Part shown: piece after piece, positions 38,966 to 48,262 of the stretch | How positions within the stretch are numbered: position 1 is the first letter of the stretch | How the letters are laid out: every line of letters begins with the position of its first letter | Assembly (NCBI GenBank): GCA_045600585.1 | Contig: JAZRYE010000018.1 | Span: forward strand, 21,122-85,121 | Source: Bacilli bacterium | Lineage (GTDB): Bacteria > Bacillota_I > Bacilli_A > RFN20 > CAG-826 | Direction: 5' to 3' | DNA length: 64,000 nucleotides | Translations under genes and position numbers: made by a program | Notes under the pieces: model-generated | The model's database searches: none | Told to the model about the DNA's origin: nothing | Seen by the model: only the letters and a program-made list of their open reading frames with translations

Positions 38966-39961
38966 TTAGTCCTCCTTAATAATACTGAATATCAAGTGAT
39001 CCAATAATAACGGAACACTGACATTGGAATTTAGGATATTTCTATCTTTCAAAATCTCTAATAAACTTTCTTGAACATGGCCAAGGCTATGAGCAAGATT
39101 TGTTAATACTTCAATATATGAAGAGTTTATAGGTTCTTTATCATGCTGAATATTTAATATGTCTTCAAATAATTCAGCGAGGATATCAAGGAAGAACCTA
39201 CAAGATTCCTTAGTTTTAATTTGTGGAATGATGTTGTGCTGGCAATGGTATATAGCAGAACGGTAATCATCCGCGGCAAACGCATCGAGAAGATCGATAA
39301 TTGCTTTTTTTGCTGATACGTATTCTTTTTTCTCGTCTTCGTTATTAACTAAATCATAGATAAGTTCTGCATCATTATAGAAATAACTTAATAATTCCGC
39401 ATCTTCTTTTTCGACATTGAGTTCTACTGCTTCATTAATGATTGTTTTTCTATCGATGAGCTTTAGTCTTAATACTTGGCAACGAGAAATAATGGTTGGA
39501 AGAACATTGCTTTCATTGTTTGTGGTTAAGAAAGCATAGATATCCATTCCTGGTTCTTCAAGGAACTTAAGAATGCTATTGACTGCTTCTGTAGTCATAT
39601 TTTCAACAAGATGAAGAACATAAATCATGATGCCTTTTTCTTCAAAAGCTTTCTTTTCAAATCTTGATTCAATTTCTCCAACTTCTTCCTTTTTGATTGT
39701 CTTTTTACTTCCATCATAAACAATCATATCTGGATAGTTTTCATCATCCACACGTAAACATGTAATACAAGAATTACAAGCAAGTGGAGAAGGGTCATCA
39801 CAAAGAATTGATTTTGCTAAGTATTTTGCAACTTCAAGTAAAGGCGTACCAGGATTACCAGAAACTAAAAAAGCATGTGAAAGGTGCTTAGTTTTAAGCG
39901 AATTCACGAATGTTTGATAAATAACTGGCTGATAATTCCTTAAGTACTTTTCTACTTGCAT
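38966..39961 (-). CDS. holB: DNA polymerase III delta' subunit
   Basis: 331 aa. HAFLVSGNPGTPLL and SRCQVLRL motifs. Follows tmk, as in Bacillus. Confidence 0.85.
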   Translation of the reverse strand: MQVEKYLRNYQPVIYQTFVNSLKTKHLSHAFLVSGNPGTPLLEVAKYLAKSILCDDPSPLACNSCITCLRVDDENYPDMIVYDGSKKTIKKEEVGEIESRFEKKAFEEKGIMIYVLHLVENMTTEAVNSILKFLEEPGMDIYAFLTTNNESNVLPTIISRCQVLRLKLIDRKTIINEAVELNVEKEDAELLSYFYNDAELIYDLVNNEDEKKEYVSAKKAIIDLLDAFAADDYRSAIYHCQHNIIPQIKTKESCRFFLDILAELFEDILNIQHDKEPINSSYIEVLTNLAHSLGHVQESLLEILKDRNILNSNVSVPLLLDHLIFSIIKED

Positions 39962-40572
39962 AATCTTGCTAAAATCGCATTAAGTGTATCTTTTGCAACT
40001 TCTTCTCTACTCTTTCCAGCATCGATAATGACATATCTATCTGGATATCTCTTTGCAAGGTCTAAAAATGTATTTCTAACCTTGTTGTGGAATTCTAATT
40101 TTTCTAAGTCTAAGCGATTAACTTCTCTTTCTGAATTGGCAGAAATTCTTGCTAAACCAATTTCTGGATTTAAATCAAAAAGAAGTGTTAAATCTGGCCA
40201 TGTATTTTCGGTAGCAAATAAGTTAATGTTTAATACTTCATCAATACCTAATCCTCTTGCTCCGCCTTGATAGGCTAAAGAAGAATCTAAGTAACGATCG
40301 CAAACAACAATTTTGCCTTCTTTTATTGCTGGCCAAACTTTTTCTACTAAATGTTGTCTTCTACTAGCTGCGTATAATAAAGCTTCTGTTCTTGAATCCA
40401 TCATAGTGTTAGCTTTATCTAAGATAACATTTCTGATTTGCTCACTAATTGGGGTTCCGCCTGGCTCTCTTGTACGAACAACTTGGTAACCCATTTCTTC
40501 TAATTTTTTAACAGCCTCTTCAACCGCGGTTGTTTTGCCTGATCCTTCAGGTCCTTCTAAAGTAATAAACAT
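39952..40572 (-). CDS. tmk: thymidylate kinase
   Basis: 206 aa. FITLEGPEGSGKTT P-loop and DRYLDSSLAYQG. Confidence 0.93.
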   Translation of the reverse strand: MFITLEGPEGSGKTTAVEEAVKKLEEMGYQVVRTREPGGTPISEQIRNVILDKANTMMDSRTEALLYAASRRQHLVEKVWPAIKEGKIVVCDRYLDSSLAYQGGARGLGIDEVLNINLFATENTWPDLTLLFDLNPEIGLARISANSEREVNRLDLEKLEFHNKVRNTFLDLAKRYPDRYVIIDAGKSREEVAKDTLNAILARLCK

Positions 40573-40583
40573 ATGGATTTCTC

Positions 40584-41180
40584 CTATAATTTTCTTCTAC
40601 CTTCAATTGCTTTTGATAATGTCAAAGCATCTGTGTAATCTAAGTTACCACCCATTTGTAAGCCATAGGCTAAACGAGTGATATTTTCTACATATGGTTC
40701 TAATATTTTTGATAGATATACAGCGGTTGTTTCACCTTCAATTGTTGGGTTTGTAGCAATGATAATTTCTTTTACTTCTCCACCCTTAACTCTATCTATT
40801 AATCCTTGGATATTTAAATCTTCAATACCCTTACCTTTTGAAATGGATATTACTCCACCTAAAACGTGATATACCCCGTGATATCCCTCTGCATTTTCAA
40901 AAGCCAATAAATCCTTTGGATAACTAACTACCATTAAAACTGATTTATCTCTTGATTCATCAGAACATATCTCACATACTTCGCCTTCAGTTAAGCAACC
41001 ACATATAGGGCAGGTATGGATTTTTGATTTAAGTTCTTTAACAGCGTTAGAAAACTCTACTAGATCTTCTTCATCCATATCTAGCATTGCATACGCCATA
41101 CGTTCTGCGCTTCTTTTGCCTACGCTTGGAAGTTTGGCTAATGATTCTTCTAATCTTATTAAAGATTTTAATTTTTCCAT
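40584..41180 (-). CDS. recR: recombination protein RecR
   Basis: 198 aa. LPSVGKRSAERMA (HhH), CPICG...CEIC zinc finger, Toprim. Confidence 0.95.
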   Translation of the reverse strand: MEKLKSLIRLEESLAKLPSVGKRSAERMAYAMLDMDEEDLVEFSNAVKELKSKIHTCPICGCLTEGEVCEICSDESRDKSVLMVVSYPKDLLAFENAEGYHGVYHVLGGVISISKGKGIEDLNIQGLIDRVKGGEVKEIIIATNPTIEGETTAVYLSKILEPYVENITRLAYGLQMGGNLDYTDALTLSKAIEGRRKL

Positions 41181-41482
41181 TAGAAACCTAATCCGCCAGC
41201 TTGTCCTGTGATTTCTTCTTGAATCTTGTCGCTCTTTTCTTGAATTTGGTCAATTAATTCATTAACTGCTAATGTGATCATAGCGACGACCATTTCTTTG
41301 TTTTCAACATCGAATGCATCATCATCAATTTCAATAGCTGTGATTCTCTTACTACCTAACATTTTGACAGTAACAGCGCCACCTTTCGTGATGCTGAATT
41401 CTTCTTGCTCTAATGCAGCTTGTGCTTTTCTTAATTTAGCTTGCATTCTTTGAGCTTGTTGAATCATTTGTTGCATATTCAT
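41180..41482 (-). CDS. ybaB: nucleoid-associated protein YbaB/EbfC
   Basis: 100 aa. MQQMIQQAQRMQAKL N-terminus. Canonical dnaX-ybaB-recR order. Confidence 0.9.
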   Translation of the reverse strand: MNMQQMIQQAQRMQAKLRKAQAALEQEEFSITKGGAVTVKMLGSKRITAIEIDDDAFDVENKEMVVAMITLAVNELIDQIQEKSDKIQEEITGQAGGLGF

Positions 41483-41484
41483 AA

Positions 41485-43221
41485 TTATTCTTCTCCTTCA
41501 AATTCTAGAATCATGTTCTCGGCTTTAGGCAATCTACCTATTTGTGCGAGATTTGTGTAATATTGTTGAACATTAACCGATTCGACTCTAGTTAATGCAT
41601 AGACAAACATTTTTTTGCCAAAGATGTTCTCAATGACATTTTGTAAATCAGCTTGAATATCGATCATGTTTGCTTTTTCAGCAAGGTTTGGTAATGGATA
41701 TTCAACGACAATAATTTTGTTACTTGCTACTAATAAGTGCCCATCTGTAAGTAGTGTAGCGGCTTTTCCTAATGTTGGATGAGTGGATAATTTCTTAATT
41801 TTTGCCCATTCAACAAGCATGGAATTCTTAATATCTTTTTTACTATTAACAAGGACTTTAAGCATGAGTTCACTATCAATTTTGAAGTGATCATCTTCTC
41901 TTGTTCCTTTTAATTCGATTATTTCTTTGTTCATCGTAACAGGAGTGTCACCTGATAAATCAAATAACGATACTTCTTCTTCAACTGGTTTAGCTTCAAC
42001 AGTTGGTTTTGGAGTAGGAACAACTTTCTCTTGTTCTCTTTTTAATAATTCGATAGGTGCTTCTCTAACCACTGGTTTAACAGGTTCTTGTCTAACGAAT
42101 GGTTTTGGTTCAGGCATTCTTCTTACTGGTTCATTATCATCAATGACATTCATAGAAGATAGTTTTAATAAAGTAACTTCGAATAACGGAGTAATAGCGG
42201 TGACATTCTTATAGTCTTTTAATGTTTCCATCAATACTTCAATCATTTTAAGAACGTTGTTTTGCTTTGTTTTATTAGCTACTTCAACAACTTGTTCGGC
42301 ATTTAATTGTTCTAAATACTTTGTATCAAATGTTGTTTGATAGATGAGGATGTCTTTTAAGATCATTAATAAGTCGTTTGTTAATCTCTTAATGTCTGTT
42401 CCTCTACCAATATATTGAGATAATCTAGTTAAAACATCAGAGACATTGCCATCTAAGATGGAATAAATAAGATTAATTTTTTCTTCGGTTGATTCAAGTG
42501 CGAACATTTCTAAAATGTCTTCAACATTTAATCTACCGCCTGAATATGTTAATACTTGATCTAAAATGGATAAGGCATCACGCATACCTCCATCTGCTAA
42601 AGAGATGATAAGGTTAACTGCTTCATCGTTATAAACAATATCTTCTGATTCAAGAATAACCCTAATTCTTTCTTTAATGTCATCATCACTTACTTTAGTA
42701 AAGTCATATCTTTGACATCTAGAAAGAATGGTAGGAAGAATCTTATGTGGTTCAGTTGTAGCTAAGATGAAAATAACGTGTTCTGGTGGTTCTTCTAATG
42801 TTTTTAATAAAGCATTAAACGCACCAGTAGACATCATATGAACTTCGTCGATGATATAGACTTTATATCTTCCGAGAATTGTTCCGTATTTGACTTTATC
42901 AATTAAGTCTCTTACTTCATCAACGCCATTATTACTAGCTGCGTCGATTTCTAAGACATCTGGATGAGTTCCTTCAATAATTGCTTTGCAGTTTTTACAT
43001 TCGTTGCATTGACAACCAATGCCTTCATCACAGTTCAAAGCCTTGGCTAATAATTTAGCCATTGTTGTTTTACCTGTACCTCTTGGTCCAGTGAATAAAT
43101 ATGCATGAGCAATTTTACCAGTCGCTAATGCATTCTTAATTGTTTTAACAATATGTTGTTGTCCAGCAACCTCATCAAATGTTGAAGGACGATAAGTACG
43201 ATAAAGAGCTTTATATGCCAT
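41485..43221 (-). CDS. dnaX: DNA polymerase III tau/gamma subunit
   Basis: 578 aa. AHAYLFTGPRGTGKTT, Zn module CDEGIGCQCNECKNC, IIDEVHM and SRCQRYDF. Confidence 0.95.
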   Translation of the reverse strand: MAYKALYRTYRPSTFDEVAGQQHIVKTIKNALATGKIAHAYLFTGPRGTGKTTMAKLLAKALNCDEGIGCQCNECKNCKAIIEGTHPDVLEIDAASNNGVDEVRDLIDKVKYGTILGRYKVYIIDEVHMMSTGAFNALLKTLEEPPEHVIFILATTEPHKILPTILSRCQRYDFTKVSDDDIKERIRVILESEDIVYNDEAVNLIISLADGGMRDALSILDQVLTYSGGRLNVEDILEMFALESTEEKINLIYSILDGNVSDVLTRLSQYIGRGTDIKRLTNDLLMILKDILIYQTTFDTKYLEQLNAEQVVEVANKTKQNNVLKMIEVLMETLKDYKNVTAITPLFEVTLLKLSSMNVIDDNEPVRRMPEPKPFVRQEPVKPVVREAPIELLKREQEKVVPTPKPTVEAKPVEEEVSLFDLSGDTPVTMNKEIIELKGTREDDHFKIDSELMLKVLVNSKKDIKNSMLVEWAKIKKLSTHPTLGKAATLLTDGHLLVASNKIIVVEYPLPNLAEKANMIDIQADLQNVIENIFGKKMFVYALTRVESVNVQQYYTNLAQIGRLPKAENMILEFEGEE

Positions 43222-43306
43222 ACGATAATCACCTATTAAAGATTATACACAAGAAGGCCGATTCATTAAAGATATTAATATACATATTAAGAGCAATAAT
43301 TACTCT

Positions 43307-43334
43307 TTGTTATATTCTTGTTATGTGATAGAAT
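43307..43334 (+). promoter_or_regulatory. candidate promoter of prfA-prmC
   Basis: TTGTTA, a 16-nt spacer, then TGaTAGAAT (43329..43334 hexamer). A GAGG RBS lies 7 nt before the ATG. Confidence 0.45.
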
Positions 43335-43358
43335 ACTACACGCTTGTGAGGTATTGCT

Positions 43359-44435
43359 ATGGAAGAAAGTATGCGTCAACGCTTAGAAGTTGGAATTAAA
43401 AGATTAGCTGAAGTCGATGAGGAATTATTAGACGAGAATGTCATGCGTGATAGACTCAAATTTCGTGAACTTTCTAAAGAAAGAGCAACATTAGAACCTC
43501 AAGTTGAAGCATTTTTAAAATATAAAAAAGCTGAAGAAGATATCGAAGAAGCTAAATTAATGGCTCATGAAAGCGATCCAGATTTAGCAGAAATGGGTAA
43601 AGAAGAAGTTAAACGTCTTGAAGAAGAAATGATTTCTTTAGAAGAAGAATTAAAAATGTTACTTCTCCCTAAAGACCCTAATGATGATAAAAACATTATC
43701 GTTGAAATTAGAGGCGCTGTTGGAGGAGATGAAGCAAACATCTTCGCTGGTGATTTGTTTAGAATGTATACAAGATATGCTGAAACACAAGGTTGGAAGA
43801 TTCAAATGCTTGATCAAAATGAATCTGAAGCTGGCGGCTTTGCTCTTGTTTCATTTAAGGTTTCTGGTAAAGAAGTTTATTCTAAACTTAAATTCGAATC
43901 AGGCGCTCATCGTGTTCAACGTGTTCCTAAGACAGAAGCAAGCGGACGTATTCATACATCAACCGCTACTGTATTAGTTATGCCAGAAGCTGAAGAAATT
44001 GATATTCAAATTAACCCAGCTGATTTACAAGTTGATACATATCGAAGCCAAGGTGCTGGTGGACAAAACGTTAATAAAACTGAATCAGCAGTTCGTATTA
44101 CACACATCCCAACTGGGACAGTTGTTTCTTGCCAAACTGAGAAATCTCAAATTCAAAATAGAGAAATCTGTATGCAAATGTTACGTACAAAAATGTACGC
44201 TAACATGTTAGCAGAACAACAAGAAAAGATTGGTAATGAAAGAAAACTTAAAGTTGGTACTGGTGAACGTTCTGAAAAGATTAGAACTTATAACTATCCA
44301 CAAAACCGTGTTACCGATCATAGAATTGGCTTTACAGTTCAAAAACTTGATAGAATCATTGAAGGCGATTTGGAAGAAGTACTTGAAGCACTTATCCATT
44401 ATGATCAATCAATGAAGATGGCAGGAGAAGAATAA
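43359..44435 (+). CDS. prfA: peptide chain release factor 1
   Basis: 358 aa. GGQ (GAGGQNVNK) and the PKT (PxT) stop-codon recognition tripeptide. Confidence 0.95.
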   Translation: MEESMRQRLEVGIKRLAEVDEELLDENVMRDRLKFRELSKERATLEPQVEAFLKYKKAEEDIEEAKLMAHESDPDLAEMGKEEVKRLEEEMISLEEELKMLLLPKDPNDDKNIIVEIRGAVGGDEANIFAGDLFRMYTRYAETQGWKIQMLDQNESEAGGFALVSFKVSGKEVYSKLKFESGAHRVQRVPKTEASGRIHTSTATVLVMPEAEEIDIQINPADLQVDTYRSQGAGGQNVNKTESAVRITHIPTGTVVSCQTEKSQIQNREICMQMLRTKMYANMLAEQQEKIGNERKLKVGTGERSEKIRTYNYPQNRVTDHRIGFTVQKLDRIIEGDLEEVLEALIHYDQSMKMAGEE

Positions 44436-45277
44436 TGCCAACTAATCGCGAAGAATATTTCAAAGCGATAAAACTAATAAATCCATATTTAAATAATGTG
44501 GTAATAAGAAGTTTGCTCTTAGTGGCAAACTCTTTTGATAATGACTACAAATTAACCATTCATTTTGATGAAGAGATTAAGGATTATGATAGCTATTTAA
44601 ACATGCTAGAAAGAGTCAAAAATGGTGAACCTTATCAGTATGTGATAGGGAAAGCGACATTTCTTGGAAGCGATTACTATGTTGATAGAAATGTATTAAT
44701 TCCAAGACAAGAAACAGAACAACTTGTTTTAAAAACAAAAGCATTAATTAAATTGAAATTTATCAATAAAGAAATCTCTATCTGTGATATGTGTACTGGA
44801 AGTGGAATTATTGGTAATGAACTACATAAAGAATTTCCTAACGCAAAAGTATATCTAACTGATATTAGTGAACAAGCTCTTAATATAGCCAAAAAGAACG
44901 CTTCATCGAATTCGGAAAATTTATCTTTTCTACTAGGTTCAATGGCTAATCCTATCATCGAAAAAGAAATTAAATTAGATGTTCTTGTCTGTAACCCACC
45001 TTATATTGATAAAGTTGAAGAAATTGATAAACAAGTTTGGGACTATGAACCTCATCTAGCTTTGACTGCATTTCCTTCTACTTTGCTCTATGAAGAAATA
45101 TTTAAAAACTATAAAACAATAATGAAAGATGCGTTTATTATGGCTTTCGAAATTGGGGAAGACATGGAAGAAGCATTAACAAAACTTGTAGATAAATATT
45201 TTCAAAACATCGAATATAAATTTGAAAAAGATTTATATGGCAAAACTAGATTTTTGTATATAAAGAAGATTGACTAA
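44435..45277 (+). CDS. prmC: release factor glutamine N5-methyltransferase
   Basis: 280 aa. CTGSG SAM motif and NPPY. 1-nt overlap with prfA. Confidence 0.88.
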   Translation: MPTNREEYFKAIKLINPYLNNVVIRSLLLVANSFDNDYKLTIHFDEEIKDYDSYLNMLERVKNGEPYQYVIGKATFLGSDYYVDRNVLIPRQETEQLVLKTKALIKLKFINKEISICDMCTGSGIIGNELHKEFPNAKVYLTDISEQALNIAKKNASSNSENLSFLLGSMANPIIEKEIKLDVLVCNPPYIDKVEEIDKQVWDYEPHLALTAFPSTLLYEEIFKNYKTIMKDAFIMAFEIGEDMEEALTKLVDKYFQNIEYKFEKDLYGKTRFLYIKKID

Positions 45278-45312
45278 TTTTATAAATAAACTTAAGATTA
45301 TGTTCGGAAAAA

Positions 45313-45342
45313 CTTTAAGTCGATGCTGTGACGTCGAAAAGG
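45313..45342 (+). promoter_or_regulatory. diverged copy of the PyrR-binding element in the pyrR leader
   Basis: ctttaagtcgatgctgtgacgtcgaaaagg is 23/30 identical to the element at 45942..45971, but the loop reads TGCTGTGACG where the other has TCCAGAGAGG. Confidence 0.4.
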
Positions 45343-45366
45343 TTCAAAAATAAATATAGAATCTTT

Positions 45367-45399
45367 AGGTCTTGTCACGCACTGACGAGACCTTTTTTC
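45367..45399 (+). terminator. attenuator terminator in the pyr operon leader
   Basis: 11-bp stem aggtcttgtca / tgacgagacct (one G:U), loop cgcac, then tttttt. It ends 11 nt before the pyrR ATG. Confidence 0.75.
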
Positions 45400-45409
45400 G
45401 GAGAAGAAC

Positions 45410-45940
45410 ATGGAATATAAACATCAAATATTAGATGAATCAACAATTTCAAGAACTCTTGCACGTATGACGCATGAAATTATCGAAAAGAATAATGGTG
45501 TCGATGGAGTTGTTGTTTTGGGTGTTAAAAATAGAGGAATCGATATTGCTAAAATTATTGTTTCCAACATCAAGCATTTTGAAGGAATAGATGTTCCGTT
45601 TGGAGCTATTGATGTCACAATGCATAGAGATGATTATTCTCCTGAAATGAAAAAAGAAAAATCAACCGAAAGCGTTATTCCTTGTAGCCTAACTGACAAG
45701 ATTGTCATTATTGTTGATGATGTTGTATTTACAGGCAGAACAGCTAGAGCTGCTCTTGAAACAGTATTTTCAATCGGAAGACCAAGAATTGTTCAATTTG
45801 CTGCGTTAGTTGATAGAGGGCATAGAGAAGTTCCAATAAGACCTGATTACGTCGGTAAAAACATTCCAACTTCTAGAAGCGAAAAAGTTCAAGTCTTATT
45901 AACCGCAGAAGAAAAAAGTGTATATATTATTCAACAATAA
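45410..45940 (+). CDS. pyrR: pyr operon regulator / uracil phosphoribosyltransferase PyrR
   Basis: 176 aa. VIIVDDVVFTGRTARAA PRPP motif and typical length. Confidence 0.93.
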   Translation: MEYKHQILDESTISRTLARMTHEIIEKNNGVDGVVVLGVKNRGIDIAKIIVSNIKHFEGIDVPFGAIDVTMHRDDYSPEMKKEKSTESVIPCSLTDKIVIIVDDVVFTGRTARAALETVFSIGRPRIVQFAALVDRGHREVPIRPDYVGKNIPTSRSEKVQVLLTAEEKSVYIIQQ

Positions 45941-45941
45941 A

Positions 45942-45971
45942 CTTTAAATCGATCCAGAGAGGTCGGAAAGG
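45942..45971 (+). promoter_or_regulatory. canonical PyrR-binding loop overlapping the pyrC ribosome-binding site
   Basis: atccagagaggt (45952..45963) matches the UCCAGAGAGG PyrR box. The element ends in gaaagga, which is the only SD-like sequence before the pyrC ATG at 45981. Confidence 0.65.
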
Positions 45972-45980
45972 AAAATAACA

Positions 45981-47171
45981 ATGAATAATTTGAAAGTAAA
46001 AATTGTAACCGGAACAGATAAATCAATCGATTTGTCTAATGAATTTTCCGGTTTTTCTTTTGAAAATTTGAGTGAAAATCTTGTTATATTCCCCGGATTC
46101 ATTGATGTTCATGTTCATTTTAGAGAACCGGGTTTTTCGTATAAAGAAACAATCAAAACTGGCTCTTTAGCTGCAGCACATGGTGGATATGTATCAGTAC
46201 TTACAATGCCTAACTTAAATCCTGTTCCAGACTCTTTAGTTCACTTAAAAGAACAACTAGATTTTATTAATAGAGATTCAGTTATTAATGTAATTCCTTA
46301 TGGTGCGATTACCGTTGGTGAAAAAGGCGAACAATTGGCAAATATGGATGAAATATCCCCTTTTATAGCGGCTTTTTCCGATGATGGTAGAGGTGTTCAA
46401 GAAGAAGAAATGATGAGAAAAGCAATGAGAAAAGCAAAATCATTAAACAAGATGATTGTTGCACATTGTGAAGTTAATTCTTTGCTTAATGGTGGTTATA
46501 TTCATGACGGTGAATACGCTAAAAAACATAATCATAGAGGTATATGTTCTGCGAGTGAATACGAACAAATTGCGCGTGATATAAGATTATCCAAAGAAGA
46601 AGGGTGCGCATATCACGTGTGTCATATTTCTACAAAGGAAAGCGTTGAACTTATTCGCAAAGCTAAATTAGATGATGTTAATGTTACTTGTGAAACTGCT
46701 CCTCATTATTTGATATTAGATGAAAATGATTTAAAGGAAGACGGGTACTTTAAAATGAATCCTCCTTTAAGAAGTAAAGAAGATAGAGAAGCTTTAATTG
46801 AAGGAATTAAGGATGGAACAATTGATTGCATTGCTACCGATCACGCTCCTCATAGTGAAGAAGAAAAATCTCAAGGATTAGAAAAATCGCTATTTGGTAT
46901 TGTTGGCATCGAATATGCATTCCCGATTCTATATACGTATCTTGTTAAAAAGGGAATTATTACATTAGAAAAGCTCATTGATTTATTAGTTATTAATCCA
47001 AGCAAAAGATTCAATATTCCTATTCAAGGATTTTCAATTTGGAATCTTGATGAGGAAGTAATGATAACAAAAGAATCTATGGTATCAAAAGGAAAAGCAA
47101 CACCTTTTATTAATAAAAAGGTTTATGGAAAAAATATAGGAACATATTACGGATGGAAAAAGGTATGGTAA
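45981..47171 (+). CDS. pyrC: dihydroorotase
   Basis: 396 aa. DVHVHFREPG and ATDHAPH motifs. Confidence 0.9.
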   Translation: MNNLKVKIVTGTDKSIDLSNEFSGFSFENLSENLVIFPGFIDVHVHFREPGFSYKETIKTGSLAAAHGGYVSVLTMPNLNPVPDSLVHLKEQLDFINRDSVINVIPYGAITVGEKGEQLANMDEISPFIAAFSDDGRGVQEEEMMRKAMRKAKSLNKMIVAHCEVNSLLNGGYIHDGEYAKKHNHRGICSASEYEQIARDIRLSKEEGCAYHVCHISTKESVELIRKAKLDDVNVTCETAPHYLILDENDLKEDGYFKMNPPLRSKEDREALIEGIKDGTIDCIATDHAPHSEEEKSQGLEKSLFGIVGIEYAFPILYTYLVKKGIITLEKLIDLLVINPSKRFNIPIQGFSIWNLDEEVMITKESMVSKGKATPFINKKVYGKNIGTYYGWKKVW

Positions 47172-48262
47172 AAAAATTCGACAAAAAAATCATTCTTGAA
47201 GATGGTGAAGAATATTACGGATATTCCTTTGGGGCAAACGAAGAAAAAGTTACCGAAATTGTTTTTAATACCTCAATGGTTGGATATCAGGAAATTATTT
47301 CTGATCCATCATACACATATCAAACTGTTTGTATGACTTATCCATTGATTGGTAACTATGGAATTACTGATGAAGATAATGAGACAAAGATTCCAACTAT
47401 TGGCGGTCTCATTGTTAGGGAATATAACGATATTCCATCAAATTTCCGTTATACAAAAACACTTGCTGAGATCATGGAAGAAAACCACATTGTTGGTGTT
47501 TATGGTATTGATACAAGAAAACTGACTCGTTCAATTAGAGATAAAGGCTCAAGAAGAGTTCTTATTACTAACGTAAATACATCAGTTGAAGAAGGCATAA
47601 AAATAATTAAAGAAACTCCAATTGATCACGAAGCAGTAAGACTTGTTTCGTGTAAAAAGAGATGGTATTCACGTTGCCAAGATGCTCAATATAACGTTGT
47701 TGCTATTGACTGTGGTATCAAATTAAATATTGTTCGTTCTTTAAATAAAAGAGGATGTAACGTTACGGTTGTTCCGTTTGATATGGACTATACAAAGATA
47801 GTTGAAATGAATCCAGACGGCATATTTATTTCTAATGGTCCTGGTGATCCAGAAGATGCTGCTCCGGTAATTGAAATGGTTAAGAAATTACGTGGCAAAT
47901 ATCCAATGTTTGGTATTTGTTTAGGACACCAAATTATTGCTTTAGCATATGGCGGAAAAACATATAAGTTAAAGTTTGGACATAGAGGTGGCAATCATCC
48001 TGTTAAAAATCTCAAAACAGGAAAGATTGAAATTACATCACAAAACCATTCTTATGCTGTTGAACCAGAATCAATTAAAGGTACTGGATTATCAGTAACA
48101 CATATAAATATTTTAGATAACACTGTGGAAGGGGCTGAATGTGTTGAAGATAGAGTATTCTCTGTCCAATATCACCCAGAATCAGCGCCTGGCCCACAAG
48201 ATAGTGCATATTTATTTGATCAATTTATTGAACTTATGAAAGGAGCAAAGAACAATGGCTAA
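47153..48262 (+). CDS. carA: carbamoyl-phosphate synthase small (glutaminase) subunit
   Basis: GICLGHQ (catalytic Cys) and HPE motifs. The start is uncertain (ATG at 47153 or 47165); both overlap the pyrC end. Confidence 0.92.
   Translation: MEKGMVKKFDKKIILEDGEEYYGYSFGANEEKVTEIVFNTSMVGYQEIISDPSYTYQTVCMTYPLIGNYGITDEDNETKIPTIGGLIVREYNDIPSNFRYTKTLAEIMEENHIVGVYGIDTRKLTRSIRDKGSRRVLITNVNTSVEEGIKIIKETPIDHEAVRLVSCKKRWYSRCQDAQYNVVAIDCGIKLNIVRSLNKRGCNVTVVPFDMDYTKIVEMNPDGIFISNGPGDPEDAAPVIEMVKKLRGKYPMFGICLGHQIIALAYGGKTYKLKFGHRGGNHPVKNLKTGKIEITSQNHSYAVEPESIKGTGLSVTHINILDNTVEGAECVEDRVFSVQYHPESAPGPQDSAYLFDQFIELMKGAKNNG

Noticed and set aside
41485-43221. Programmed -1 frameshift in dnaX (tau/gamma)
   Set aside because: No A-AAA-AAG-type heptamer with a downstream hairpin was found in frame. 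Only a GCA AAA AAA run lies near the 3' end, with no supporting structure.
43222-43358. SRP (4.5S/scRNA) gene upstream of dnaX, as in Bacillus
   Set aside because: The 137-nt AT-rich spacer has no conserved SRP domain IV-like sequence or extended helix. It looks like two divergent promoters.
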